Source of the DNA: Ignavibacteriota bacterium
GTDB taxonomy: Bacteria; Bacteroidota; Ignavibacteria; UBA10030; UBA6906
DNA: 64,000 nucleotides
Assembly (NCBI GenBank): GCA_963801355.1
Contig: CAWDEM010000004.1
Location: forward strand, 1,184,001-1,248,000
Reading direction: 5' to 3'
Shown here: piece by piece, positions 41,546 through 50,746 of the stretch
Position numbering within the stretch: the stretch's first letter is position 1
Layout of the letters: the number at the start of each line of letters is the position of its first letter
Made by a program: the position numbers and the translations under genes
Notes under the pieces: generated by a model
What the model saw: the letters and a program-made list of their open reading frames with translations, nothing else
Database searches by the model: none
What the model was told of the DNA's origin: nothing

Positions 41546-42810
41546 AGAGGAAAGACTTTCTGACGGCGTGCATGGCGGGTCTTGTCGGCGGTGCGGTTGC
41601 CCCGCATCTGGCGCGGGCAACCCCGGTAACCCGGCCCCCCTGGCCGGCTACGAATACGAACGATGAGCGGTTCTGGGCATTTGTGCGTGACCAGTTCCCG
41701 CTTACCCGCGAGCGCGCGTACTTCAATACCGGCGGACTCGGGGCGTCTCCGTATGCGGTCATAGATGCGGTAAAGACGAAGATGGACGAGCTGGAGCGCA
41801 TGTCGGAAACGGGGCACTCCGAAGAGCTCTGGTGCGCGGTGAAAGGCAGTGCGGCGACGCTCCTGGGGTGCGATGCGGCCGAGCTGGCCTTCATGCGCAA
41901 CACGACGGAAGGCGTCAACGTTGTGGCGAACGGTCTGCCGTTTGCGGCGGGCGATGAGATCATCCTCACGACACACGAGCACGTGGGGAATGCATTGACC
42001 TGGATGCCCCTGGCGCGGCACAAGGGGTTGAGTCTCCGGCGCTTCGAACCGTCGACAACATCTGCAGAAGAGAATCTGGCCCGGATTGGCAAACTCCTGA
42101 CCCGCCGTACGCGGTTGATTTCTATTCCTCACATTGTGACCACCACGGGCCTGGTGCTGCCCGTGAAGGAGATCTGCACGCTGGCGCATACAAAAGGGAT
42201 CTGGTGCTTCCTTGACGGCGCCCAATCGGCCGGCATGATGCCGTTCAGTCTTCACGATATCGGTTGCGATGCGTACGCCACGAGCGGTCACAAATGGCTC
42301 CTGGGGCCAAAGGAGACCGGTCTGCTGTACGTGCGCAAAGATATGCAGGACACCATCGTGCCGATGTTTGTCGGCGCTTATTCAGCCGATTTTGATTTCC
42401 TGAAGGAAACCTACTCTTATGAAAAGAGCGCGCAGCGGTACGAGTACGGTACCGTCAGCGCGCCGTTGCGATACGGTTTGGGCGCAGGCATCGACTTTAT
42501 CCAGCGTATCGGGATTGAAGCCGTCTGGCAACGCGACCGTGCGCTGGCCGACCATCTGTACGAAGGGTTGCGAGCTATTCCCGGTGTCACCGTTCTGTCG
42601 CCTTCGTCGCCCGCCCTGCGCAGCGCAATGATCACATTCGTGCATGACCGGTTAGGGCACCTCGAGATGCAGAAGCACCTGGACACGTTGAATGTGCGTA
42701 CACGGAGTGTCACCGAGGGTGGACTCGCCGCATTGCGTGTCTCGACGCATCTGTACAATACGTTTGAAGAAGTTGACAAAGCGATTGCAGGCGTTCGCTC
42801 CGCCCCGTGA
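41542..42810 (+). CDS. Tat-exported class V PLP enzyme (cysteine desulfurase / isopenicillin N epimerase-like)
   Basis: MKRKDFL leader; YFNTGG, NTTEG, HEH, DGAQS, SGHKWLLGP (PLP Lys) and LRVSTHLYN. Confidence 0.88.
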   Translation: MKRKDFLTACMAGLVGGAVAPHLARATPVTRPPWPATNTNDERFWAFVRDQFPLTRERAYFNTGGLGASPYAVIDAVKTKMDELERMSETGHSEELWCAVKGSAATLLGCDAAELAFMRNTTEGVNVVANGLPFAAGDEIILTTHEHVGNALTWMPLARHKGLSLRRFEPSTTSAEENLARIGKLLTRRTRLISIPHIVTTTGLVLPVKEICTLAHTKGIWCFLDGAQSAGMMPFSLHDIGCDAYATSGHKWLLGPKETGLLYVRKDMQDTIVPMFVGAYSADFDFLKETYSYEKSAQRYEYGTVSAPLRYGLGAGIDFIQRIGIEAVWQRDRALADHLYEGLRAIPGVTVLSPSSPALRSAMITFVHDRLGHLEMQKHLDTLNVRTRSVTEGGLAALRVSTHLYNTFEEVDKAIAGVRSAP

Positions 42811-42866
42811 CGTTTGAGTTCACGACCCCCAACACCACATTCACAACTTCGTCTGTTGGAGCGCAC

Positions 42867-44774
42867 ATGAAAGCTGTAAACACGTACGATTATCTTGTCA
42901 TCGGTGCCTACTTTCTGTTCATGCTCGGCATCGGTCTGTATTTCATGAAGGTCAACAAAGGTGCGAAAGAGTATTTTGCCGGGGGCAGCATGATCCCGTG
43001 GTGGGTATCCGGCATGACCCTGTATATGGGGAATTTCAGCGCATGGACATTCACCGGCGCGGCGGGTTTTGCCTATGCTACGGGGTGGTTTGCCATCTGT
43101 TACTTCGGGACCTGGTCGGTGTCGTATTTCTTCGGTTCGCTGCTCACTGCGTCAAAGTGGCGCAGGACACGATCGATCTCTCCGGTCGAATATACCAATA
43201 CGCGCTTCAACTTCACGACGCAGCAGTTCCTCAGTCTCGTCATCTCCCTGAACTTCACCCTGTCGGCGGGGGTGCAGCTCGCGGCGACATGCAAGCTTCT
43301 CGCGCCGGTGATGGCGCTCGATATCATCACCGTGACGGTGGTGACGGGCCTCGTCATCCTGGTGTACACGTTCATGGGCGGCCTCTGGGCCGTTTCCATC
43401 ACCGACGTCGTCCAGGGAGTGATCCTGTTGAGCATTACCTTCATTGTCATGCCCCTGGCACTCGGACTTGTCGGCGGGCCCCGGAATTTGATCGACGCGC
43501 TGCCGGCGCTCAGCTTCGACCATATGTACAACGGCGTGCACTACACTGAACACTGGCTCCTGTCAATATTCATCATCATGTGCCTCGGGACTGCATCGGG
43601 TGCCGCGCAACGGTTCTACAGCGTCAAAGATGAACGGGATGCAAAGCGGGTGGGAATGCTTGCGGGTGGGCTGTTCCTGACGGTTCCGTTCGTGTTTGGT
43701 GTGCCCCCGCTGGTGGCAAGCGTCATCTGGCCCGATCTCAGCCAGATCGATTTCTTTAAGCCGTATATCGGGAACAATCCGCAGGACCTGGTTTTCATCG
43801 GGTTGTGCCTGAAGCTTCTCCCCAACGGACTCATCGGCGTGTTTATCGCCGCCATGCTTGCTGCAACAATGAGCTCGCTCAGCTCGGTGTACAATATGGT
43901 TTCCTCGATTCTCACCCGGGATATCTACCAGGGATGGGTGCGGCCCGACAGTGATGACCGCCACCTCCTGAAGGTCGGGCGGTTGTTCTCGGTGGCGCTC
44001 GGACTCCTCGTTGTGGTTCTTGCCGTGATATTCATCACGAGCACGTTTGGCATATTTAATCTCATGCAGGCGTTCTTCACGCTGTTGAACATCCCGGTGA
44101 TCGTGCCGACGGCATTCGGCCTGATTTTCCGGCGCGTGCCGAAATGGTCCGCGGTGGGCGCCATTGCATGGGGATTGATCGTCGGTGTCACGACGCGCTA
44201 TGTGTTGGGGTGGGACATCGGTCCGCAGGTCTATATTGCGTTCGTCAGCAGCTTCGGCATCTTCGTCGGCTCGTATGCTCTCGGCAAGCTGTACGTCCGG
44301 AACAAGGCAGTGCTCGCAGTATTGTCGGCGTCGGTGATCTGCGCATATGCCGCAATCTATCTCTCGAGCTTGCCCGCCGGGACCGCAGGATGGCAGCAGA
44401 TCGTTGCGTTGGCAAGCGCACTGGTTCTCGGCGGCAGCGTCTTCGGTTTTGCCGCCCTCTTTGCCCGTGAAACACCGGCCCAGCGTGAGATCGTTGATGA
44501 GTTCTTCAAGAAGCTGGACACGCCCGTAGACGTGGCGAAGGAAGTCTTCGGCGCCGGGCGGAAGCAGATCTCTACATTTCCACTTGTCGGCGGTACGACA
44601 ATAGTTATGGGACTCCTGATGACGCTGATCTTCCTGACGGACCTCGACGGAAGCGAGCAGGTGATTCTCGGGATTATCGTGTTCATCATGATCCTCTTCG
44701 GAATCCTCATGTGGTACTTCGGGAAGAAATCGGAAATCCGCAGCGCAGCACAATATTCCGGGAATAAAGAATAA
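42867..44774 (+). CDS. Sodium:solute symporter (SSS family)
   Basis: YFAGG..IPWW, YTFMGGLWAVSITDVVQ, QRFYS and AAMLAATMSSLSS motifs; extra C-terminal TM helices. Confidence 0.92.
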   Translation: MKAVNTYDYLVIGAYFLFMLGIGLYFMKVNKGAKEYFAGGSMIPWWVSGMTLYMGNFSAWTFTGAAGFAYATGWFAICYFGTWSVSYFFGSLLTASKWRRTRSISPVEYTNTRFNFTTQQFLSLVISLNFTLSAGVQLAATCKLLAPVMALDIITVTVVTGLVILVYTFMGGLWAVSITDVVQGVILLSITFIVMPLALGLVGGPRNLIDALPALSFDHMYNGVHYTEHWLLSIFIIMCLGTASGAAQRFYSVKDERDAKRVGMLAGGLFLTVPFVFGVPPLVASVIWPDLSQIDFFKPYIGNNPQDLVFIGLCLKLLPNGLIGVFIAAMLAATMSSLSSVYNMVSSILTRDIYQGWVRPDSDDRHLLKVGRLFSVALGLLVVVLAVIFITSTFGIFNLMQAFFTLLNIPVIVPTAFGLIFRRVPKWSAVGAIAWGLIVGVTTRYVLGWDIGPQVYIAFVSSFGIFVGSYALGKLYVRNKAVLAVLSASVICAYAAIYLSSLPAGTAGWQQIVALASALVLGGSVFGFAALFARETPAQREIVDEFFKKLDTPVDVAKEVFGAGRKQISTFPLVGGTTIVMGLLMTLIFLTDLDGSEQVILGIIVFIMILFGILMWYFGKKSEIRSAAQYSGNKE

Positions 44775-44782
44775 ACCGTCTG

Positions 44783-46066
44783 ATGCGCGTACATCTTGCA
44801 TACGGACGGTCGGGATTGGACGTTGACATTCCCGACCGCAATCTTGCGGGCGTGCTGTCCATGCCCGGAGCACCTGTCATCGCGCATCCCGAAAGGGATG
44901 TACGGCAGAGCCTCGAGCGGCCGCGGGGAGGAAAGCCTCTCCGCGAACTTGCCGCCGGAAAGAAGTCGGCATGCATCGTGGTGTGCGACATCACGCGGCC
45001 GGTGCCAAACGCTCTCCTCGTGCCCGCACTGCTGGACGCGTTGGCCGACGGCGGGGTGCCGCGGGAACGGACAACGATTCTCGTGGCAACCGGATTACAC
45101 CGCCCGAGCAGCCCCGAGGAGCTGCGGCAGATGCTGGGAGAAGACATCCTCCGCACCTGCCGTATCGTCAATCATCGCGCCCGCATCCCCGCAGAGCAGA
45201 AGGCGCTTGGCCCGACACCGGGAGGTGTTCCCGTGTACATTGACCGGGAGTACTGTGCAGCCGACTTGAAAATCACGACCGGGTTTATTGAACCCCACCT
45301 GATGGCGGGGTTTTCGGGCGGAAGGAAGCTCATTGCTCCGGGTTGTGCAGGCGAAGAGACCATCAAAGCGTTGCACAGCCCGCGGTTCATTGAACATCCG
45401 CGCTGCCGGGAGGGAATCATCGAAGGAAATCCCCTCCATGAGGAGCTCCTTGCTATCGCGCGGATGGCGGGACATGATTTCATTCTGAATGTCTCGCTTG
45501 ATGCGGATCGGCGAATGACGGGCGTCTTTGCCGGCGACCCGGTGGACGCACATACGGCGGGTGTCGCGCATGTCCGCGAAGCCGTCTCGGCGTTTGTCCG
45601 CGAGCCCGTGGACATCGTGGTGACCACATCGGCGGGCTATCCGCTGGATTTGACCCTGTACCAGGCGGTCAAGGGTTTGACCGCGGCGGCGCCGATCCTG
45701 AAAAAGGGGGGAATGCTTATCCTTGCCGCCGCATGCACCGAGGGTCTCGGCAGCGAGGAATTCGCCGGAATGGCGACAGGCTATGCTTCACCGGAGGAGT
45801 TCCTGTCCAGCCTGCAACATCACCCTGTGCGCGTGGACCAATGGCAGCTGGAGGAATGTGCGCGGATTGCCCGGGATGCGGAGATCGTCCTTGTGTCGGA
45901 GGGAATACCGGCGGAACAGCGGGATCGTTTGTTCGTGCGTTCGGCACCGGCCGTCGGAGCGGAGGTCGCTGCGGGGATCGCGCGTTTTGGACCCCAGACA
46001 CGCGTGGCGGTGATTCCGAAGGGCCCGTACACGCTCGTTGGCATTGAACCCCGTCGTCCGGCGTGA
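44783..46066 (+). CDS. larA: LarA-superfamily nickel-pincer 2-hydroxyacid racemase/epimerase
   Basis: CDITRP, ATGLHR, IVNH, EPHLMAGFSGGRK..PG, GYPLD..LYQAVKG and CTEGLG motifs. Confidence 0.9.
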   Translation: MRVHLAYGRSGLDVDIPDRNLAGVLSMPGAPVIAHPERDVRQSLERPRGGKPLRELAAGKKSACIVVCDITRPVPNALLVPALLDALADGGVPRERTTILVATGLHRPSSPEELRQMLGEDILRTCRIVNHRARIPAEQKALGPTPGGVPVYIDREYCAADLKITTGFIEPHLMAGFSGGRKLIAPGCAGEETIKALHSPRFIEHPRCREGIIEGNPLHEELLAIARMAGHDFILNVSLDADRRMTGVFAGDPVDAHTAGVAHVREAVSAFVREPVDIVVTTSAGYPLDLTLYQAVKGLTAAAPILKKGGMLILAAACTEGLGSEEFAGMATGYASPEEFLSSLQHHPVRVDQWQLEECARIARDAEIVLVSEGIPAEQRDRLFVRSAPAVGAEVAAGIARFGPQTRVAVIPKGPYTLVGIEPRRPA

Positions 46067-46095
46067 GGCGAGCCCGGCCGGCGGGGTATTGTATC
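46049..46095 (+). terminator. Possible intrinsic terminator after larA
   Basis: CCCCGTCGTCCGG / CCGGCCGGCGGGG stem followed by TATTGTATC; the U tract is weak. Confidence 0.35.
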
Positions 46096-46139
46096 TATGC
46101 ACTAATTAAACGATATTTTATGTGCTAAACAGGGGTACT

Positions 46140-46934
46140 ATGCCGAACGAGTACACTGTCCCCGCCGTTCAGCGCGCAGTGGAAGTGCTCGAACTGCTCG
46201 CCGGGTCCCACACGGGAATCTCCCTGGCCGATTTGTCGCGAAAGACCGGATATCCCAAGAGCTCGCTGTTCAGGATCCTCCTCACTCTGGAGAAGGCATC
46301 CATCGTGCAGCTCGATCGTACCCGCAGCATCTTCACGCTGGGGATGAAGCTGATCGATTGGGGGAACCGTGCGCTGGAGAAGATCGACCTGAAGACTGTG
46401 ACCCATCCCCATCTCGTGCGCATGGCAGATGAGACGCGCGAGAGCTACTACGTTGCCATCCTTGAAGATAACGAAGTGATCATTGTTGACCGTGCCGACA
46501 CCCCCGAGATCTGGCGGATGGTCGCCCGGCTGGGCCAGCGCTCGCCCGTCCACGCCACAGCTTCGGGCCAGGTACTGTTGGCCGAAGCCGATGACGAGAT
46601 GCTCCGGGCCGCCATTCAACGCCGGGGCCTGAAGCGTTATACGCCCCAGACGATCACCAGTCTGTCCCGCCTCAAAAACCGGTTCAAGGAAATCCGGAGG
46701 GACGGTTTCGTCATCAATGATGCCGAGTACAAGCCCGACCTCTGCGTTCTCGCAGTGCCGCTTCGGGATCACTACGGCAAAATCGTTGCGGCGCTGATGA
46801 CCGCACTTCAGTCCGAACGGGCCCGGCGCAACAGATCCCTGCTGCTGTCGATTGTTGAGATTCTCAAACGCGAAGGGGCCGTCATTTCCAGAGAACTCGG
46901 TTATCAGGAGCCGCACCATGAAAGCACTGCATGA
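46140..46934 (+). CDS. IclR-family transcriptional regulator
   Basis: VPAVQRAVEVL..L HTH, PKSSLFRIL.TL, PVHATASG..LLA and IRRDGF motifs; AT-rich upstream region. Confidence 0.95.
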   Translation: MPNEYTVPAVQRAVEVLELLAGSHTGISLADLSRKTGYPKSSLFRILLTLEKASIVQLDRTRSIFTLGMKLIDWGNRALEKIDLKTVTHPHLVRMADETRESYYVAILEDNEVIIVDRADTPEIWRMVARLGQRSPVHATASGQVLLAEADDEMLRAAIQRRGLKRYTPQTITSLSRLKNRFKEIRRDGFVINDAEYKPDLCVLAVPLRDHYGKIVAALMTALQSERARRNRSLLLSIVEILKREGAVISRELGYQEPHHESTA

Positions 46935-47736
46935 ACTTGCCCTTGGCATTGTCAGCGACGAAATCGCCCTGGATTTTCCTACCGCGTTACGCCACGGGCT
47001 GCAGTGGGGCATTACACGTTACGAGCTGCGCTGCCTCATAAGCGGACGTGTGCCGCGGGTGGAACCCCGCGAGATCGACGCGGTCATCTCCCTCGTGAAA
47101 CAGGAAGGGGTGCGTGTGACCGCGTTGTCCCCGGGGATGTTCAAGGCGCACCTTGCGGACACGGCCACCATCGAGGACGAATTCCGCAACGTGCTGCCGG
47201 CAACGCTGGATCTCGCCGCACGCCTGGACTCCCGTATGATCATCGTCTTCGGATTCCAGCGGGAAGCAGGCGAGTCCCCGGAAAACTTCCACCGCGCCGT
47301 GGAGTACATGCACCGTGCCGCCGAGCTGGTGCACAAGAGCGGCATCCGCCTTGCCATTGAAAACGAACCCGGCTTCTGGTGCGACACGGGAAAGAATACA
47401 CACGCGCTGATCACGGCCGTCGGCCATACCGCGCTCGGTGCCAACTGGGATCCCTGTAACGCCTACGGTACGGATGAGACGCCGTTTCCGACAGGCTATG
47501 AAGCCGTGAAGAATGTGATCATCAATGTCCACGCAAAAGATACGACCAAAGGATCCCTGATCCAGTGTGTGCCCATCGGCACCGGAGCGCTTGACTGGAA
47601 AGGCCAGGTCCAGGCGCTGCTCCACGACAACATTGTCAAGCATATCACCATCGAGACGCACTGTCACCCGCTGATAGAGAATTCCAGACACAACGCAGAA
47701 ATCCTTCGCAGCTATATGCAACCGCCACTTGTGTGA
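46918..47736 (+). CDS. Sugar phosphate isomerase/epimerase (xylose-isomerase-like TIM barrel)
   Basis: SDEI, AIENE, WDPCN, VHAKD and ITIETH metal ligands. Confidence 0.88.
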   Translation: MKALHELALGIVSDEIALDFPTALRHGLQWGITRYELRCLISGRVPRVEPREIDAVISLVKQEGVRVTALSPGMFKAHLADTATIEDEFRNVLPATLDLAARLDSRMIIVFGFQREAGESPENFHRAVEYMHRAAELVHKSGIRLAIENEPGFWCDTGKNTHALITAVGHTALGANWDPCNAYGTDETPFPTGYEAVKNVIINVHAKDTTKGSLIQCVPIGTGALDWKGQVQALLHDNIVKHITIETHCHPLIENSRHNAEILRSYMQPPLV

Positions 47737-47743
47737 GTCGATC

Positions 47744-47842
47744 GTGAACAACTCAAGACGCACGTTTCTCCAACGGACCGCCACCGTCGCGGCCGGTCTG
47801 TCGATCGCCCGCTCCGGCGATATTCCCGAGGTCACACTATGA
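47744..47842 (+). pseudogene. Orphan Tat signal peptide (32 aa), probable gene remnant
   Basis: GTG...TGA encodes MNNSRRTFLQRTATVAAGLSIARSGDIPEVTL with no mature domain. Confidence 0.6.
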
Positions 47843-47873
47843 CGTCATGTCATGAGCACTCTAAGGTCACACA

Positions 47874-49121
47874 ATGAAACCATCCGACAGGCACTTTGAA
47901 GAGGCGCTGCGTCTCATTCCCTGGGGGACGCAGACGAATGCAAAGCGACCCTACGATGCATTCAATGAGACCATGCCCAAATTCATCGTGCGCGGCAAGG
48001 GATGCCGCCTCTGGGACATGGAGGGGAAGGAGTACATCGATTTCCGCCTGGCCCTCGGGCCCGTCACGCTCGGCTACTGTTACGATGAAGTGGATGATGC
48101 GGTGCGGTCCCAGATGGCCAACGGCGTTCTGTTCAGCATGGCAAGCCCCATCGAGCTGGATCTGGCGCGGCTGATCAACGAGATGGTGCCGAATGCGGAG
48201 ATGGTCCGATTCATGAAGACCGGGGAGGATGCAAACTCCTGCAACATCCGCATCGCCCGCGCCTATACCGGACGCGACATGATCCTTATGAGCGGCTACC
48301 ACGGGTACGCCGACTGGTTTGCCACCGGAGACAGCCCCAACAACGGCGTTCCCGAGGTCTTGAAGGAGTATGTCAAGATCATTCCATGGGGCGACTGCGA
48401 AGAGGCGGAGCGATTGATCCGGCTCTACGGGGAGCGTCTGGCATGCGTGATCTCGATTCCCTACGATTTCAACGAAGACACTAGCGGGAAGTATCTCCGT
48501 CATCTCCGTGCCCTGACGACGGAATACGGAATCCTGTTGGTGATGGACGAGATCCTGACTGGATTCCGGCTGGCACCGGGAGGAGCACAGGAGTTTTTCG
48601 GCGTGAATGCGGATCTCGCCGGATATGCGAAGGCGCTGGCCAACGGGTATCCACTTTCCACGTATGTCGGGCGGCGAAAGTATATGGAGACGTTGTACCG
48701 TTTTAAAATGACCACGACCTATGCCGGGGAGGCACTCTCCATTGCAGCCGCCATCGCCACGCTCAGGATCATGAAGCGGGAGAAAGTGCACGAGCATCTG
48801 CGCGCGATGGGGACGCGATTGATGAAAGGACTGGACCGCATTGCGCGCGAGGCGGGCGTGGAAGCCACCGCGGCGGGCCTGCCTGTGGGATCCTTCCTGA
48901 AGTTCTCCGGCCCCGACAGCGGATATCATGACCGCCTTGAATTTCTCTGGCAGCGTGAACTGTACCGTGAGGGGATTTTTGCGAATCCCCGCTGGTTCAT
49001 TTCCTATTCGCACAAGGCGCAGGATATCGATGAGGCACTGGACAGAGCCGGTCGCGCGCTGCGGCGTGCGCTCGATGCCGAAGTCCGGGAACGGTCAACC
49101 GTCAAACCATTCTGGTGGTAA
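47874..49121 (+). CDS. Class III aminotransferase (GSA-aminomutase-like)
   Basis: GCRLWDMEGKEYID, GYHG, MDEILTGFR, YAKALANGYP and TTYAGE motifs. Confidence 0.9.
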   Translation: MKPSDRHFEEALRLIPWGTQTNAKRPYDAFNETMPKFIVRGKGCRLWDMEGKEYIDFRLALGPVTLGYCYDEVDDAVRSQMANGVLFSMASPIELDLARLINEMVPNAEMVRFMKTGEDANSCNIRIARAYTGRDMILMSGYHGYADWFATGDSPNNGVPEVLKEYVKIIPWGDCEEAERLIRLYGERLACVISIPYDFNEDTSGKYLRHLRALTTEYGILLVMDEILTGFRLAPGGAQEFFGVNADLAGYAKALANGYPLSTYVGRRKYMETLYRFKMTTTYAGEALSIAAAIATLRIMKREKVHEHLRAMGTRLMKGLDRIAREAGVEATAAGLPVGSFLKFSGPDSGYHDRLEFLWQRELYREGIFANPRWFISYSHKAQDIDEALDRAGRALRRALDAEVRERSTVKPFWW

Positions 49122-49123
49122 AC

Positions 49124-50746
49124 ATGAACGGACGCGTATATTTTGATTGCTCGGCCATGATCGGTAGACGGGGCCCGAAGGACCAGGAGACCCGCTACGC
49201 AACAGAAGACCTTCTCGAAGAAATGGAATGGTGCGGCATTCACGGCGCACTGGTGGCACATTGGCTGGGGAAGGAATATGATCCGGCGTACAGCAACCGG
49301 ATACTCCTCAAAGAATTGAAGAAGAGTCCGCGGCTGCACGGCGTCTGGTCTGTGATGCCGCATCAGACGGGAGAGATGCTCCCTCCGCGGGATCTGATGA
49401 AGGAGATGCGCGACCATGGCATCCGGGCGGCAAAGATGTATCCGCGTACACACCACTACCCCTTCAGCGAGGACTTCTGCGGCGAATTGCTTTCCGCGTT
49501 CGAAGAGGAAGACATCCTCCTGATGGTCGAGGGTGGCGCAATGTACCATCCCGACATCTTTGATGCATTCAACCAGGTACTGCTGACGGAGCTGGATGCG
49601 GCCCTGAGTCGCCATCCGCGTCTGCACGTTCTCCTGCAGGGTTCCCGCTGGGAAGCAACACGGTATCTGTATCCTCTCATGGCCAAGCACCCGCATCTGT
49701 GCCTCGAATTCTCAAACCACCAGGCCAACCGCGCGCTTGAGGTGTATGCAGGCTGGTTCGGTGCGGAGCGTTTGCTGCTCGGCACCGGGGCGCTCGACAA
49801 ATCCATGGGAGCGGCAAAAGCATTTGTCGACTACTGCACGCTCACCGGGGAACAGAAAGACCTTGTGGCCGGCAAGAATCTTGCCCGGTTGTTGCACCTC
49901 GAATCCATGCCCGGTTCCTACCGGCCGCAGCCTGTGCGCGATCCGATACTCCGCACGGCGAAAGCCGGCGCACCGCTCCGTGACGTGCTGGTTATCGACG
50001 CGCACGCACACATCTCCCATGACGGCGCCCACGGAACGGGCTTCATGCATCAACCATTCTCCGATGCCGCCTCGATGTTCGAGCGGGCACGGACGATGGG
50101 CATTTCATCCATGTGCATCAGCTCCTGGATCGGTGTCTGGGCCGACTACGAGAAGGGGAACGAGGTCGTGCACGATGCCATGAAGCGGTATCCCAAATTC
50201 TACCACGGGTATGCAACTCTGCAACCCCAGTACGTCAAGGACTGGAAGCGCGAGCTCGCAAAGGTACATGGCCGGTATCGCATGGGCGGATTGAAACCCT
50301 ATTTCCCGCGGACCGGGCTCCCGTACAGTCATGCGGGCTGGGCTCCCTGGTTTGACTACGGCAACCGGCACCGGTGCTATACACTGATTCATCCCTCCGA
50401 TAATTTCGTGGCCGACATGAACGCGCTCATACCGCGCTATCCCGAGATGCACTTCATTCTGGCACACCAGGGCGGTTCGTTCGGCGCGGCCCGCGATGGG
50501 ATCGAGATCGCCACGAAGTTCCCCAACGTATCACTCGAGATTACATTGACCAGCGTGACCTATCGCGTCATCGAATTCATGGTGGAGCATATCGGTGCGG
50601 AACGCGTGCTGTTCGGCACAGATCAACCGATGCGCGATCCCATTCCACAATTCGGCTGGGTTGCATACTCACACTGCACTCCGGCCCAGAAGCGCCGGAT
50701 CTTCGGGGAAAATATGCGCAAGATCCAGCGGCGCGTCCGGTGGTAA
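49124..50746 (+). CDS. Tandem two-domain amidohydrolase_2 protein
   Basis: Two TIM-barrel repeats. The first lacks HxH (FDCSAMIG, RLLLGT); the second has DAHAH, LIH, LAHQG and RVLFGTDQP. Confidence 0.85.
   Translation: MNGRVYFDCSAMIGRRGPKDQETRYATEDLLEEMEWCGIHGALVAHWLGKEYDPAYSNRILLKELKKSPRLHGVWSVMPHQTGEMLPPRDLMKEMRDHGIRAAKMYPRTHHYPFSEDFCGELLSAFEEEDILLMVEGGAMYHPDIFDAFNQVLLTELDAALSRHPRLHVLLQGSRWEATRYLYPLMAKHPHLCLEFSNHQANRALEVYAGWFGAERLLLGTGALDKSMGAAKAFVDYCTLTGEQKDLVAGKNLARLLHLESMPGSYRPQPVRDPILRTAKAGAPLRDVLVIDAHAHISHDGAHGTGFMHQPFSDAASMFERARTMGISSMCISSWIGVWADYEKGNEVVHDAMKRYPKFYHGYATLQPQYVKDWKRELAKVHGRYRMGGLKPYFPRTGLPYSHAGWAPWFDYGNRHRCYTLIHPSDNFVADMNALIPRYPEMHFILAHQGGSFGAARDGIEIATKFPNVSLEITLTSVTYRVIEFMVEHIGAERVLFGTDQPMRDPIPQFGWVAYSHCTPAQKRRIFGENMRKIQRRVRW

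Noticed and set aside
47874-49121. hemL (tetrapyrrole biosynthesis)
   Set aside because: Lacks the HemL PGGVNSPVR N-terminal motif (has PWGTQTNAKR), and no hem genes are nearby.
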